Below, piece by piece: positions 1 to 10,700 of a stretch of 64,000 nucleotides of DNA. The stretch is from Rhizaria sp. SCN 62-66 (taxonomy: Eukaryota). Positions within the stretch are counted from its first letter, which is position 1, and the number at the start of each line of letters is the position of its first letter. The DNA is taken from positions 62,001 through 126,000 of the forward strand of contig MEDY01000104.1 in NCBI GenBank assembly GCA_001724265.1, in the 5' to 3' direction. Under the pieces are notes generated by a model. That model did no database searches. It saw nothing but the letters and a program-made list of their open reading frames with translations, and was not told the origin of the DNA. The position numbers and the translations under genes were made by a program.

Positions 1-1
1 G

Positions 2-238
2 GCGGGGCCGCCCGCGCGGGAGCTGCACATCTCCCTCTCGCGTCTCCTCAACACGACAGCCCAACGCCCGAACAACAGCGCCAGCAGCAGCACCAGCGGC
101 GGCAACAACGCTGCTGAGGGCGCTGGCGCTAGCGGTGGCGGCGCGGGGCTGCCGCTGATGCAGTTGCTGGGGGTGCTCACGACGCGCCCGCTCGAGGACC
201 TGGTCGCCATCATCAGGGACGAGCTCTGGAGGAGGTGA
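2..238 (+). CDS. 3' end of an unidentified protein-coding gene (partial)
   Basis: Open GC-rich frame from window start (AGPPARELHISLSRLL...LEDLVAIIRDELWRR) ending at TGA 236-238, followed by an abrupt shift to AT-rich DNA. Confidence 0.6.
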   Translation, partial: AGPPARELHISLSRLLNTTAQRPNNSASSSTSGGNNAAEGAGASGGGAGLPLMQLLGVLTTRPLEDLVAIIRDELWRR

Positions 239-1206
239 GGTGCGGCAAACTCAACAGCCGCCATTCTGCATATGGAGCAGATTACGACTCTGTTGTGAGA
301 TAATTATTGAATTTTTAATATCTAACTCGAATATTATTGCAATCGACGTTTATTTAGACATTGAACTTCACCAGCGTCGCTCTGGTGCTGTTATACATAC
401 ACTCATACTTTATTAACGCACTAAGCATCTCTTCTTATGCAAACGTTGCGACACAGATACGCTCAATCGAGTGTTGGCCAGTGGTACATTTGACATGCTG
501 TATAGATCTATCTGTGTGACGCCAGCACCAAAGTCGTGCACGCACATAATGCAGTGAGAGAGCACACATGACGGACTTTAATGTTTTTGCTCTGGGGACT
601 TGCCACTGCTGGGTGGCGGCTTGTCTGGGTTCTGCAGAATCCATATTGAGCCGTGTGCCAGTTTCTCCGTCAAGAGACATGTAAGCCACAAATCACACCA
701 TTTTGGTAACGTTTTTATATAATTCTCTTTTAATGTCTCTTGGCTTGGCGTTTATAAGGCTGTGGGCTATGCCTGCACAACGTGGTAGTGAGTCCCACAA
801 AACCTCTCTAAGATCAGTCCTGTCGTGTCCATGTTAACGTCATCTCGGCATTGAACAAGACTAAGTGGCAGTTCTAGTGTAAAAAAACGTCATTCACCCA
901 TCATTTTATTGTCAGCTTCTGGCCTGCTTAGAACCAGCTCTTTCCCGCAAGCGCCTTGACAACTAACTGCGGCGGAAGTTGAACTGTTTTAGCGGAATAC
1001 CTACCGTCATCCACATCTATAGGACGTGTTAGCTCACACATCTTTGTTTGTACTGTATTAATATTCTGTAGTCGTAACAAACCCCCTTCTGGCCACACAT
1101 AACACATCTACGAGTTGCCTACAAACTTCGGTCTCAGTCACAGTTGCACTTGCACTCGCACGGTCGCACTCGCACGGTCGCAGTCGCGCGTTTGCAGTCG
1201 CCACCC

Positions 1207-3300
1207 ATGTCCCAGTCGTTGTCGCGCCTGAACGCCTCTGCGGCGGCGGCGCTGTCCCTCGTGCGTCCTTTCCTGTCGCCGTGGGCGCACGAGCAGCTGC
1301 TGCTGGAGCGCGTGGTATATCGCTACAACAACCAGCACAAGCGCAGCGACTTTTTCCGCGCCGCGCAGGTCGTCGCGCGCCGCAACCACCACGCGAACCT
1401 GCCCGCCGCCGCTCGCGCACTCCACGCACTTGCGAATGCCGCCGCCACTGCCACTGCCACTGCCACTGCGACAGTGGATGCGGCTGATGACGCGGCGGCG
1501 GCGCGGGCGGCGCGGCGTGCGGCGGCGGTGGCAGTGCTGCGCGCGCTCGACGCGTGCCGGGCCGCGCTGGTGTCCTTGGCGGCGGCGACGGGGCCCGTGC
1601 TGCGCCAGACGGGCATGACGTACTTCCTCCCGCTCATGCTTGCGCTGCACGGCTCATTCGCGCGCCTGTACGCAGTGTACCGCGCCGTGCTCGCGGCCCT
1701 GCTCCCACTCGCGCCGCTGCTGGCCGCATACGACCCCGATCGCCACAGCAACAGCAGCAGTCACAACGGCAGTCAGAGTGGCAGCGGCAGCAGTAGTAGT
1801 CAGAACAATGCTGGCATCAGTGCGAGTAATAGTGCTGCTGCGCCAGCAACGGCGGCGGCGGCAACGATGGCGGCAACGACAACGACGATGACGACGTTGG
1901 AGCTGCTGGGGACACTGCTGGAGCGGAAGCTTGACGTCGCCTTTCTTGTCCGCCCGAATCTCGCTAACAACAGCAGCAACCATAACAATAACAGCCACTG
2001 CAGCACTAACTCTGTGACTGCTAGCGCCAACGGCACTGAAGGTGACTCGCGAGCGACGGCGGAAGCTTTCCTTGCGCCGCTGCATGCGCCCGCCCCCGCT
2101 GCCGCTCAGGCCGCGCTTGCGGCGCTGCTCGCCGCCACGGCTAAGCCCGCTGCGACAGGCGCTGCCGCCGCAGGTGGTGGTGGTGATTCCACCTCTGCGG
2201 GCTCGGCCGCCGCCGCCGCCGTCGCCGCACTGGCCCGCGCCCGCGCCGCCGCGGCCAAGACGCAGACGCAGACGCAGGCGAAGACAGTGACGAAGACGGC
2301 GACAGCGCTGCCGGCGGCGTCTGTGTCCGTGTCGGAGCTGGCGGCGTCGGGCGCGCTGAGGGCGGCGGCGGCGGCGTTGCGGCAGAGCTCGGTCGCCGCG
2401 GGACCCGCCGGCGCCGAGCGCGCGCGCGCGGCAGTCGCAGCCGTCACGGCGCGGCTTGGGCCCGCCGCGCTCCAACAGCAGCAGCAGCAGCGGCAGCAGC
2501 AATATAACGCTGATAGCGCTCGTGTTGCTCAGTCTCGCAAGAGCGAAAACTCGGGCAAGGTCTCCGCGGCGACCGCAACTTACATTGCACGTATGAACGA
2601 TGGCGGTGACGACGGTGAAGGTGACGGCGAGAGCGAGACTGAGACTGAGACAGCGGCAACTGCAACTGCGATGGGAACGGCGACCCCGCGGTGGATGCGG
2701 CTTGACGCGGCGCCCGCCGCTGCGGCAGACTCGTCCTCCTCCGACTCTGACGCTGAGGCTGAAGCTGAGGTTGAGGCAGACTCGGACTCTGGCGCTGGAG
2801 ATGAGGCTGCGGACCAGGACTCTGATGACGAGGATGAGACTCACGCTCGTATCGCACCGTCCAAGGTGTCTGCCTTCTCAGCCAGCAGTAAGAACAACAG
2901 CAGCAGCAACAACTTCATGTCACTGCTGCAGCCCAAGAAGCCACAATCAATTCACAAGAAGGCAAAGCAAGATGAGAGTGATGATGACGATGACGACAGT
3001 GATGCTGACATGGAGTCAGCGTTGTCGCTGCCGAAGGTTAGCAAGGCGACAAAAGCGTCGCTGTCGTCAGCTGCAGCGATGTTCGCTTCGATCACGGTTG
3101 CTGCTGTAGGAGTCGACTCCAACAAGGCCAACAAGGGCGACAAGCGAAAGCTTAAGCGGCCCGCTGACAGCAACAATGTGCCGCTGTCTGTGGCTGCTGC
3201 CGTCGAAAACCCAGTGAGTGCTGGTGGTGGTAACGCTAAGAAGGCAAAGAAAAAGAAGGCAGCCTCATCCATTGACGACTTGTTTTCGCGATTTGCTTGA
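1207..3300 (+). CDS. NEPRO/Rmp1-like (DUF4477-type) nucleolar protein, putative RNase MRP subunit; single exon
   Basis: ATG 1207, TGA 3298-3300. N-terminal LLLERVVYRYNNQHKRSDFF and TYFLPLMLALHGSFARL motifs resemble the NEPRO/Rmp1 domain; acidic tracts and a KKAKKKK..IDDLF C-terminus are typical of nucleolar proteins. Confidence 0.65.
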   Translation: MSQSLSRLNASAAAALSLVRPFLSPWAHEQLLLERVVYRYNNQHKRSDFFRAAQVVARRNHHANLPAAARALHALANAAATATATATATVDAADDAAAARAARRAAAVAVLRALDACRAALVSLAAATGPVLRQTGMTYFLPLMLALHGSFARLYAVYRAVLAALLPLAPLLAAYDPDRHSNSSSHNGSQSGSGSSSSQNNAGISASNSAAAPATAAAATMAATTTTMTTLELLGTLLERKLDVAFLVRPNLANNSSNHNNNSHCSTNSVTASANGTEGDSRATAEAFLAPLHAPAPAAAQAALAALLAATAKPAATGAAAAGGGGDSTSAGSAAAAAVAALARARAAAAKTQTQTQAKTVTKTATALPAASVSVSELAASGALRAAAAALRQSSVAAGPAGAERARAAVAAVTARLGPAALQQQQQQRQQQYNADSARVAQSRKSENSGKVSAATATYIARMNDGGDDGEGDGESETETETAATATAMGTATPRWMRLDAAPAAAADSSSSDSDAEAEAEVEADSDSGAGDEAADQDSDDEDETHARIAPSKVSAFSASSKNNSSSNNFMSLLQPKKPQSIHKKAKQDESDDDDDDSDADMESALSLPKVSKATKASLSSAAAMFASITVAAVGVDSNKANKGDKRKLKRPADSNNVPLSVAAAVENPVSAGGGNAKKAKKKKAASSIDDLFSRFA

Positions 3301-3960
3301 GACTTTCTATCAGCACATATCGACGCATTACCAAAGTACGAAACTACATCCCCGACTGAATGCATGATGTGGTGTTGTTTCTCCGATTGTCGTATCGGTC
3401 AAATACATGAAGTCAATGTTTTAGAAATAAATACCCTGACGCTAATACAACGCGCGCCAGGAGAAAATAACCAGACTTAAGTCACAAGCTTAATGACTTG
3501 ATCGATGTCTTGATTATTCTTTCCACAGTGCTCGCGCTTATTAAGACGGTTTGGACAATTCACAGGAAAAAAGCCTCCAATTGTGTATGTATTAATGTTA
3601 CTAATCTCTAATTCAACAACTCACCACAGCGATCACAGTGTAGCCATCATGTGTTAAACTCTTTAAAACAATGCGTTACAGATTTGCAATTGGCGTTAGT
3701 ATAACAAATACATATAAACCAAAATTAGAATATGTTAATTAACTCAACAAATTGTTTAATACGTACAAATATGTTTTCTGCAAAAAAACCATTCAAATAT
3801 TTTATTTGCTGTTTTAAAATTATTTCTGCATTTTTTTATGACCTACGTTTGACAACAAGGTTATTACACGAGAGATTAACATTTAATACTTCCACCTGGG
3901 AATTAATATAAAGTGAAGTTAACCTTGAAAAACGCCAAAATTAAATTTATAATATGTAAT

Positions 3961-4058
3961 TATAATTGTTACATAATTCAACATCATTTTAAAACATGGA
4001 ACTTATAGCATATCCAAAAAAACATGTTTTCTTCATAAAAAATTATGTAACAATTATA
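3961..4058. repeat. 18-bp perfect inverted repeat in AT-rich spacer (fold-back/MITE-like)
   Basis: TATAATTGTTACATAATT at 3961-3978 is the reverse complement of AATTATGTAACAATTATA at 4041-4058; nested AAAACATG (3991) / CATGTTTT (4023). Confidence 0.7.
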
Positions 4059-4769
4059 TAATAATAACAAATAATTTTTCTATTATCATCAAATTTAGAA
4101 ATGAACATATAGTCTATTTTCATGAGTTTGCACGATAAAGTCTTACGAATTTGAGACACAACACCGTGATTTGTGGGAATACTTCAGGTTTTGTTTACTA
4201 AATACGTGAAATATATCACATCTATTTGTTTTTGACACCGTCATTGAAAATCTATTTGATTCTATCGAGTTATGCGTTGTTTTGGGTTGTAGAGGCCACC
4301 AGATGGGTGCTACTTACCCGAGCATTCCAATCTGCGTCAGTGTTCGCATTGTTCGCATCGTCGCATGTTTGTGAACATTCGCCTGGACGCGCGACTGCCT
4401 GCTGCGGATGCTTTCGGAGATGTTCGACTTTTCGTAAGGCAAGCTTCGCACATCATTTTGGCTCGCACGAATTTCTTCCATGAATTTCTTCATATTTTTG
4501 GTCGAGTTGACAAACATACCTGGCTTAAGTTTAGATCGATATGAAATACTAACACCACGTAAGTTTTCCAGAATGCATGCACACATGTACGTTATACAGT
4601 AAGCTTACAGTACAATACATTATCATGGTTATCACGCGACGAACGGCTAAAGTGATTTAGAAGTAAATTGTGTATTTGCAACTTGCTCTTGGCTTACAGC
4701 ATTTAAAAAAGAAGTAATATTCGGTAATGTAAGATAATATTTCATGTAATCTTTCGCTGGTTTCGTGGT

Positions 4770-7700
4770 TTAGTCATCGCGCTGCGAGATGAGCGCGACG
4801 CCGCGGCGAATCCATTTGTCCTCGGGCTCGCGCGTGGGCACCTTGATGGGCATGACGAAGTTGGTCGAATGGCCCGTCGTCATGAGCGTGCCCCAGCGGC
4901 TCGATACGCGGTACAGTGGGCACTCGTACGACTGCAGCGGCGCCTGCCCCGCCTGGCCCTGCTGCTGCTGCTGCTCCTGCTCCTTGGACTCCTCCTCGGC
5001 CAGCACGGCCGCGGGCGCGGGCCGGAGCCAGACGACGGGGAAGGGCGTGAGGAGCGCGCGCGGCGGCGCGTCGACGAGGCAGCCCTGACCCCACGCCCAG
5101 GTCGCGCCGTCGCAGTAGAGGCCCGAGATGTAGGCGCCATCGCTGGGCCGCGCGAGCCCCAGTGCGGTGGCGAGCGCGCGCGAATCGTCCATGGCGACGC
5201 CGCTGCCGCTGCTGAAGGGGTCCTTGTCGACGAAGTGGAAGCCGAAGGTGACCTGGTCGATGGCGAGGCGGTGCTTGCGCACGTAGTTCTGCAGCAGCCC
5301 CGTGAGGAAGGACTGCGGGAAGAAGAGCCCCGAGAACCAGGTGACGGTGGGCTGGCCGTGGTCGACCCACGCGGCCAGCGCGCGCAGCCGCGCCAGCAAA
5401 TCCGCGAAGAAGGCGCCCAGCGGCTTGAGCGTGGGGTAGCACATCGGGCGCCACAGCCGCGGCAGCGTGCCGGCGAACATGTCCGCGCCCAGCTCGTCCA
5501 TGGCAAGCGAGGTGACGGTCTCGCCGCGCAGCGAGCGCAGCAGCTGCTCCAGGCTCTCGCGCATGCGGTCCACGAGCCGGTTGAAGCGCACGCACTCCTG
5601 CGCCAGCACCGTGTTCATGCTGTCCTCGTAGCGCGACGGGTGCCGCGCCGAGACGTGCGCCAGGTCGAAGCGCTGCGGCAGGCGCGCCAGGATCGACGAC
5701 GCCATCTCGGTCAGCGCCGCGTTGCGCTTCGCCTGCTGCTGGCCGGCCGACGACGACTCCGCGGAGCCCGCGGAGGCGGCGGCGGCAGCGGCGGCGGCGG
5801 CGGCGCTGCTGGCAGACGCGGCCGTCGCGGTCGCGGCCGCGGCGGCGGTGGCCGCGCTGGCGGTGGCCGTGGCCGTGGCCGTGGCGGCGGCGTGCGCCGT
5901 GGCGCCCGCGGTGGCGACGAGCGCGGCGAGCAGCGCCGAGGACTCGTTGAGGTCCTTGGCGATCTCGGCGTTGTCGTGGAGGCCGAAGACCTCGGGCGGG
6001 ACCGAGGCCGGGAGCGCCTCGACGTGCGCCGCCAGCGCGTGCAGCGGCAGATCGGGCTCAGGCAGCACGAAGCGCCCACTCTCGCTCAGCGCGAAGAGCT
6101 CGCCCGCGGAGCCAGAGCGCGCGGCGCGCGCGCTGTAGAAGTGACTCAGCAGCGAGTTGAGCGTGCGGCGGTCCCAGTTGTCCGTGACGCGGCCGCCGTA
6201 GTTGCACTCGCCGATGAGGTAACGCAGCGCGCGCAGCGGCAGCGTCTTCTCCGCCTCGGCGTCTGCGGCTTCCTGTAGGCCCGCCGCAGCGGTCGCGGCA
6301 GCGGCGGCGCCCGCGTCGGCGCCCTCGGCGGTGGCCGCAGCCGCGGTAGCGCCGGCGCCGGTCTCCGAAAGCAGCATGTGGAGCTGACGCAGCGAGATGC
6401 TGAGGTCGGAGGCGTTGAAGTTGTAGTGGAGGTTCCAGCCCAGCGGCCCGAAGGCGCGGCGCTCCTGCACGAGGCAGTGGAACCAGGCGAGCGCGAACGA
6501 GAGGTTGCGCAGCTCCTGGCGGCGCGGAAACGGGCAGCGGTCATACCACGCCTGCTCGTTGAGCGGCTCCTGCGCGTAGCACGCCACCAGGTTCGCCTTG
6601 AGGCCCATCGGCGGCTGCTGCACCAGCTTCACGGCGCGCTCCAGCACCGAGACCGGGAACGCGGGCGTGGGGTACGACGTGAGAAAGAGGCGGAAGTCGG
6701 GGTGAGCGAGGCGCGGCGAGGCGGCGATCTCGGCGCAGATCTTGGCCAGCTCGGGCAGCCACGACGCCGCCAGGTGGCAGTTCTGCAGCAGCACCCAGCC
6801 GCCCTGCTTGACAGCGCGCGCGATGGCGGCCGCCGCGACAGGGCCCTGGCCCTGGCCCAGCGAGATGGACGTCACGGCGTCGTGCGCAGCCGCGCCCGCG
6901 CCGCCCGAGCCCGCGCCCGCGCCGCCGCCGCCGCCGCCGCCGATGCCGCCGCCGCGAACCTCCTTGGCGAAAGCCAGGAAGGCCGCCAGCGGGTCCGAGC
7001 CCTGAGAAAGCACAAAGAGCACAGGGACCTCTGGCGCCGTCTCGGCGAAGGGCTCAGCCAGGTCGAAAGGCTGCGGCGTCACAAAGCGCGCGTCGAGCGC
7101 TTGCTCCACGTAGTCGCGCAGCGCCAGCCGCAGCTTGTCGGGCCGTAGGCAGCGCAGGATGGCGATCTTGCCCAGCGCGCCGCACACTGTGGCGCCGCCG
7201 GCGACGGCCGCGCCGCCGGGGCCGCCCGCGCCGGCGCCGCCAGAGGAGTGTGAGGCGACGGTGGACTTGTCGACGCGCTCCTGCCAAGGCTCAGGCAGGC
7301 GCGCGCGGTGCGGCTCGGGGCACTCGAAGAGCGCACGCCACGCGGGCGCCAGCGGCGACGTCGGCGCGAAAGACTTGTCAATGTCGGTGAAGCCTGGGAG
7401 CTGTGCGAGGCGCACCAGCTCGGCCCAGGCCTTGTCTGGCAGCCACTCCTTGGCGGGGTTCAGGCTGCCCACCACCACCGCGCTGCTGCTGCCGCCGCCC
7501 TCCTTGGAGTTGGCGTCGCCGCTGCTGGAGGCGCTGGCGACGGGGCCGCCGAGCGCGCCGCCGCCCGCGCCGCCGTTGCTGCCGGTGGTGACGAAGGCCC
7601 AGAGCGCGGGCGAGACGTGGCGCGCGGCGACGCCCAGGTTGACGGCCATGCTCGCCGCGAAGACGAGCTTGTCCTTGGCGAAGAGCGAGCGCGCCACGTT

Positions 7701-10700
7701 GCTGTAGAGCGTGTGCGCCAGGTTGTTCATCAGCGCCTGCGTGCGCGCCACGAGCGCGCCGCCCAGCCCGCCCTGGCTGCCGGCGCCGAGCTCGCCGCTG
7801 CCGGCGCCCAGCGGGCCCGCACCGGTCGCGTCTGCTCTGCCGTCGCCGCCCTGGCCGCCGCCACCCGCGCCCGTGGTGGCGATAGCGCGCGAGAAGAGGC
7901 GGATGTACCAGGCGAGCGAGAACTGGTACATGGACTCGATGTGGGCCAGCTCCGAGACGCAGAAGAAGAGCACGGTGGCGTGCGCGGCGACAGGCCGGTA
8001 CGCCGAGCGCGAGACCTCGATCTCGCGCTCCGTCTTGACGCCCGCGGCCTGCTTCTCCTCGACGTCGTTGGCGATGGCCTTGGACACGGAGAGCACCTCG
8101 ATGGCCTGCTCGTCGTCGAGGATGTTGCCCTTGCTGTGGCGCAGCACCTCGAGAATCTGGTCCTCTATCTCAGCCAGCTTGCGCTGGTTGCGCGCCGAGG
8201 CGACAACGAGCAGCGAGCGCTCGTGCTCGAGCGCGGGCCGCTCCTTGGCCACGACGAGCCCCAGCAGCTGGTCCTCCAGCCCCTCGGGCGTGATGGTGAA
8301 GTTGAGCAGCGTGACGCGCGTGCACACCTCGGGAAGGTAGTGCGGGTTGCGCAGCTGCGTCGTCATGTACAGCCGGAACGAGTCGTTGTACTCGAGCTCC
8401 TGGTCGCCCAGCCGCAGCACGCGCACGCCGCCCTTGCGCACGACCTGCCGCAGCAGCAGCGGCTCCAGCGACGGGTCGAGCTCCTCGCCCACGTCCTCGA
8501 GCAAACATGCCGCGCCCGTCTGGATCGCCAGCTCCAGCTTGCGGTGCCAGTCGTCCGCTCCCAGCGTCGTCACAATCAGCCCGCCGCCGTGGCCTGCGGC
8601 GCCGGAGGAGCTGGTGGGCGAAGGGGAGCGCGCGGTGCCGGCGCTGCGGTCGGCGTCGGAGTCGCTCTCCAGCCCGCCGTCCTCGCCGTCGCCGTAGCCG
8701 CTGCCCTTGCCAGCGGCGCTGTTACTGTTGCTGTTGCCAACGACGGGCGCGCCGCCCTCGAAGCGCTTGACCCACTGGTTGGCCTGGCCCTGCGGATCAA
8801 TCATGAGTGGCCAGCGGCGCGTCTTGTCGACGATGATGGCGTTGTCAACCGAGAACGAGTCGTTGGGCAGCCCCGCGAGCTGCCACTGGCGGATCTTGAC
8901 CGGGTCGCCAAGCACCTTGGCCAGCGAGAAGACCTCGGAGGCGGGCACGGCCAGCGCGCGGCATTGCTGCCCCCACGCCAGCAGCAGAGCGTCGCGGTAC
9001 TGCTGCGTCAGCGGGCCCAGGTACGCCAGGAAACCCGCCGAGAGCAGCACGTCGCCCGTGAGGTCGCGATAGCGCGCCGCCAGGTCGTCGGCCGAGGCCG
9101 TCCAGCGGCCGCGCTCGCCACCGAGCCCCGTGAGGAGCTTCTCGGCGCGCTGCAGCCGCGTGGCGCAAGTCGCGATCTTGTCCTCCAGCTCGGTCTTGTT
9201 GCGCTGCATGGCCTGCAGTTGCGCCGTGAGCCCGGCCACACGGTCCTCGACCGAGGCCAGCTGCGCACGCGCCTCGAGCAGGCGACCCTCGACGACAGCG
9301 AAGTCGGCCTGCGCGCGCGCGAGCTTCTCGCGCTTGGGCTGCACGTGCTTGACGACGCGGTCGTAGGCCTCGACGGCGTAGACCCAGCTCGCGAGCGAGT
9401 GAACGGCGCGCGAGGTGTTCTTGATCTTGCCCAACTCGAAGTCAGGCATGGCCATGAACTCGCGGATCTGCTTGATCACCTTGGGCGGGATGTTGTCCTT
9501 GTCGTAGTTGCGCAGCGACTGCAGCAGCTTCGGGTCAGACAGGATGCGCTTCTTCGACGGCTCCCAATAGTCGACGATCATCTTACCCGAGCCGGAGGGG
9601 TCGGGCACGCGCGCGGGCGGGATCTGCTTCATGTGGCACAGGCACTCCATGACGAGCCGCACCGGCCGCACGGGGTTGCGCATCGAGCGCACCTCGGCGA
9701 TCTCCTGCTGCGAGAGCGTGTCGAGCGCCGCCAGCGCGGCCTCGAGCACAGGCATCGCCTCGGCCAGGTCGCTCGCGCAGTCCAGCTCGATCGCCTTCGA
9801 CGCCGCGGCGGCGGCCTCGGCCACGGCCTCCTCCTTAGCGACGGCCTCGCGGATCACCATGGCGGCGTCCGTCTCCTGCTGCACTGTCAGCAGCATGGCC
9901 TGCGTCTCGGCGCTCGTCTGCACTAGCACGGGCTGCAGCTGGCCCAGCTCCTCCTGCATCTCCTCCACGCGCGCCTGCGTCGACTCAAGCTTGCCCAGCC
10001 CGCCCAGGTAGCGATCGCGCACGCGCGAGACGTCCTCGCGCCGCGCCGCCAGCAACGCCTTGAACGTCTCCAGCAGCTCCAGGAAGGACGTGGGCGTGAC
10101 GTAGACGTGGCGGCGCTGCTGTTGGTAGAAGTCGAGGCATGCGCGCGAGGCGTCGACGTGGAACTGCAGACACATGGTCACGCAGGCGTCACGCGTGGCG
10201 GCCGTGTCCATGGGCACCTCGGCCAGCACCGACGCCGCGACGCCCGCCAGCGCGTCCGCGGGCCAATTGTGGAACCAGTCGATAGTGCAGCAGTTGACGA
10301 GCGAGGGGAACATGCGCAGCCGGTCGCGGAAGGCGTCGCCGACGGGCGACATGCACAGCACCACGTGCAGGTTGGCGCGCACGCGCTCGGTGAAAAAGGC
10401 CATGAGCTGGGCGGGCGTGCCCTCGGGCGCCTTCTTGAGCCGGCGCGCGTCGGCGCGGACGAGGTCGCAGATCTCGCCGACTTGCTCGGGCGCCCACAGG
10501 TTGGGCACCTCGCCCAGGTTGAGCAGCGCGTTGACGTCCTCCAGGAAGGCCTCCTGCTTGATCTGCGCGTCGTTGAGCAGGAACACCGTCGGCTTGCCCT
10601 GCCCGCCGACGCGCTTGAGTAGCGTGCGGAGATCGCTCTTCCACGCCTCGCTGTCGTAACTCTTGCTCAGCTCGATCGAGAAGACGTCCAGGTCCGACAC

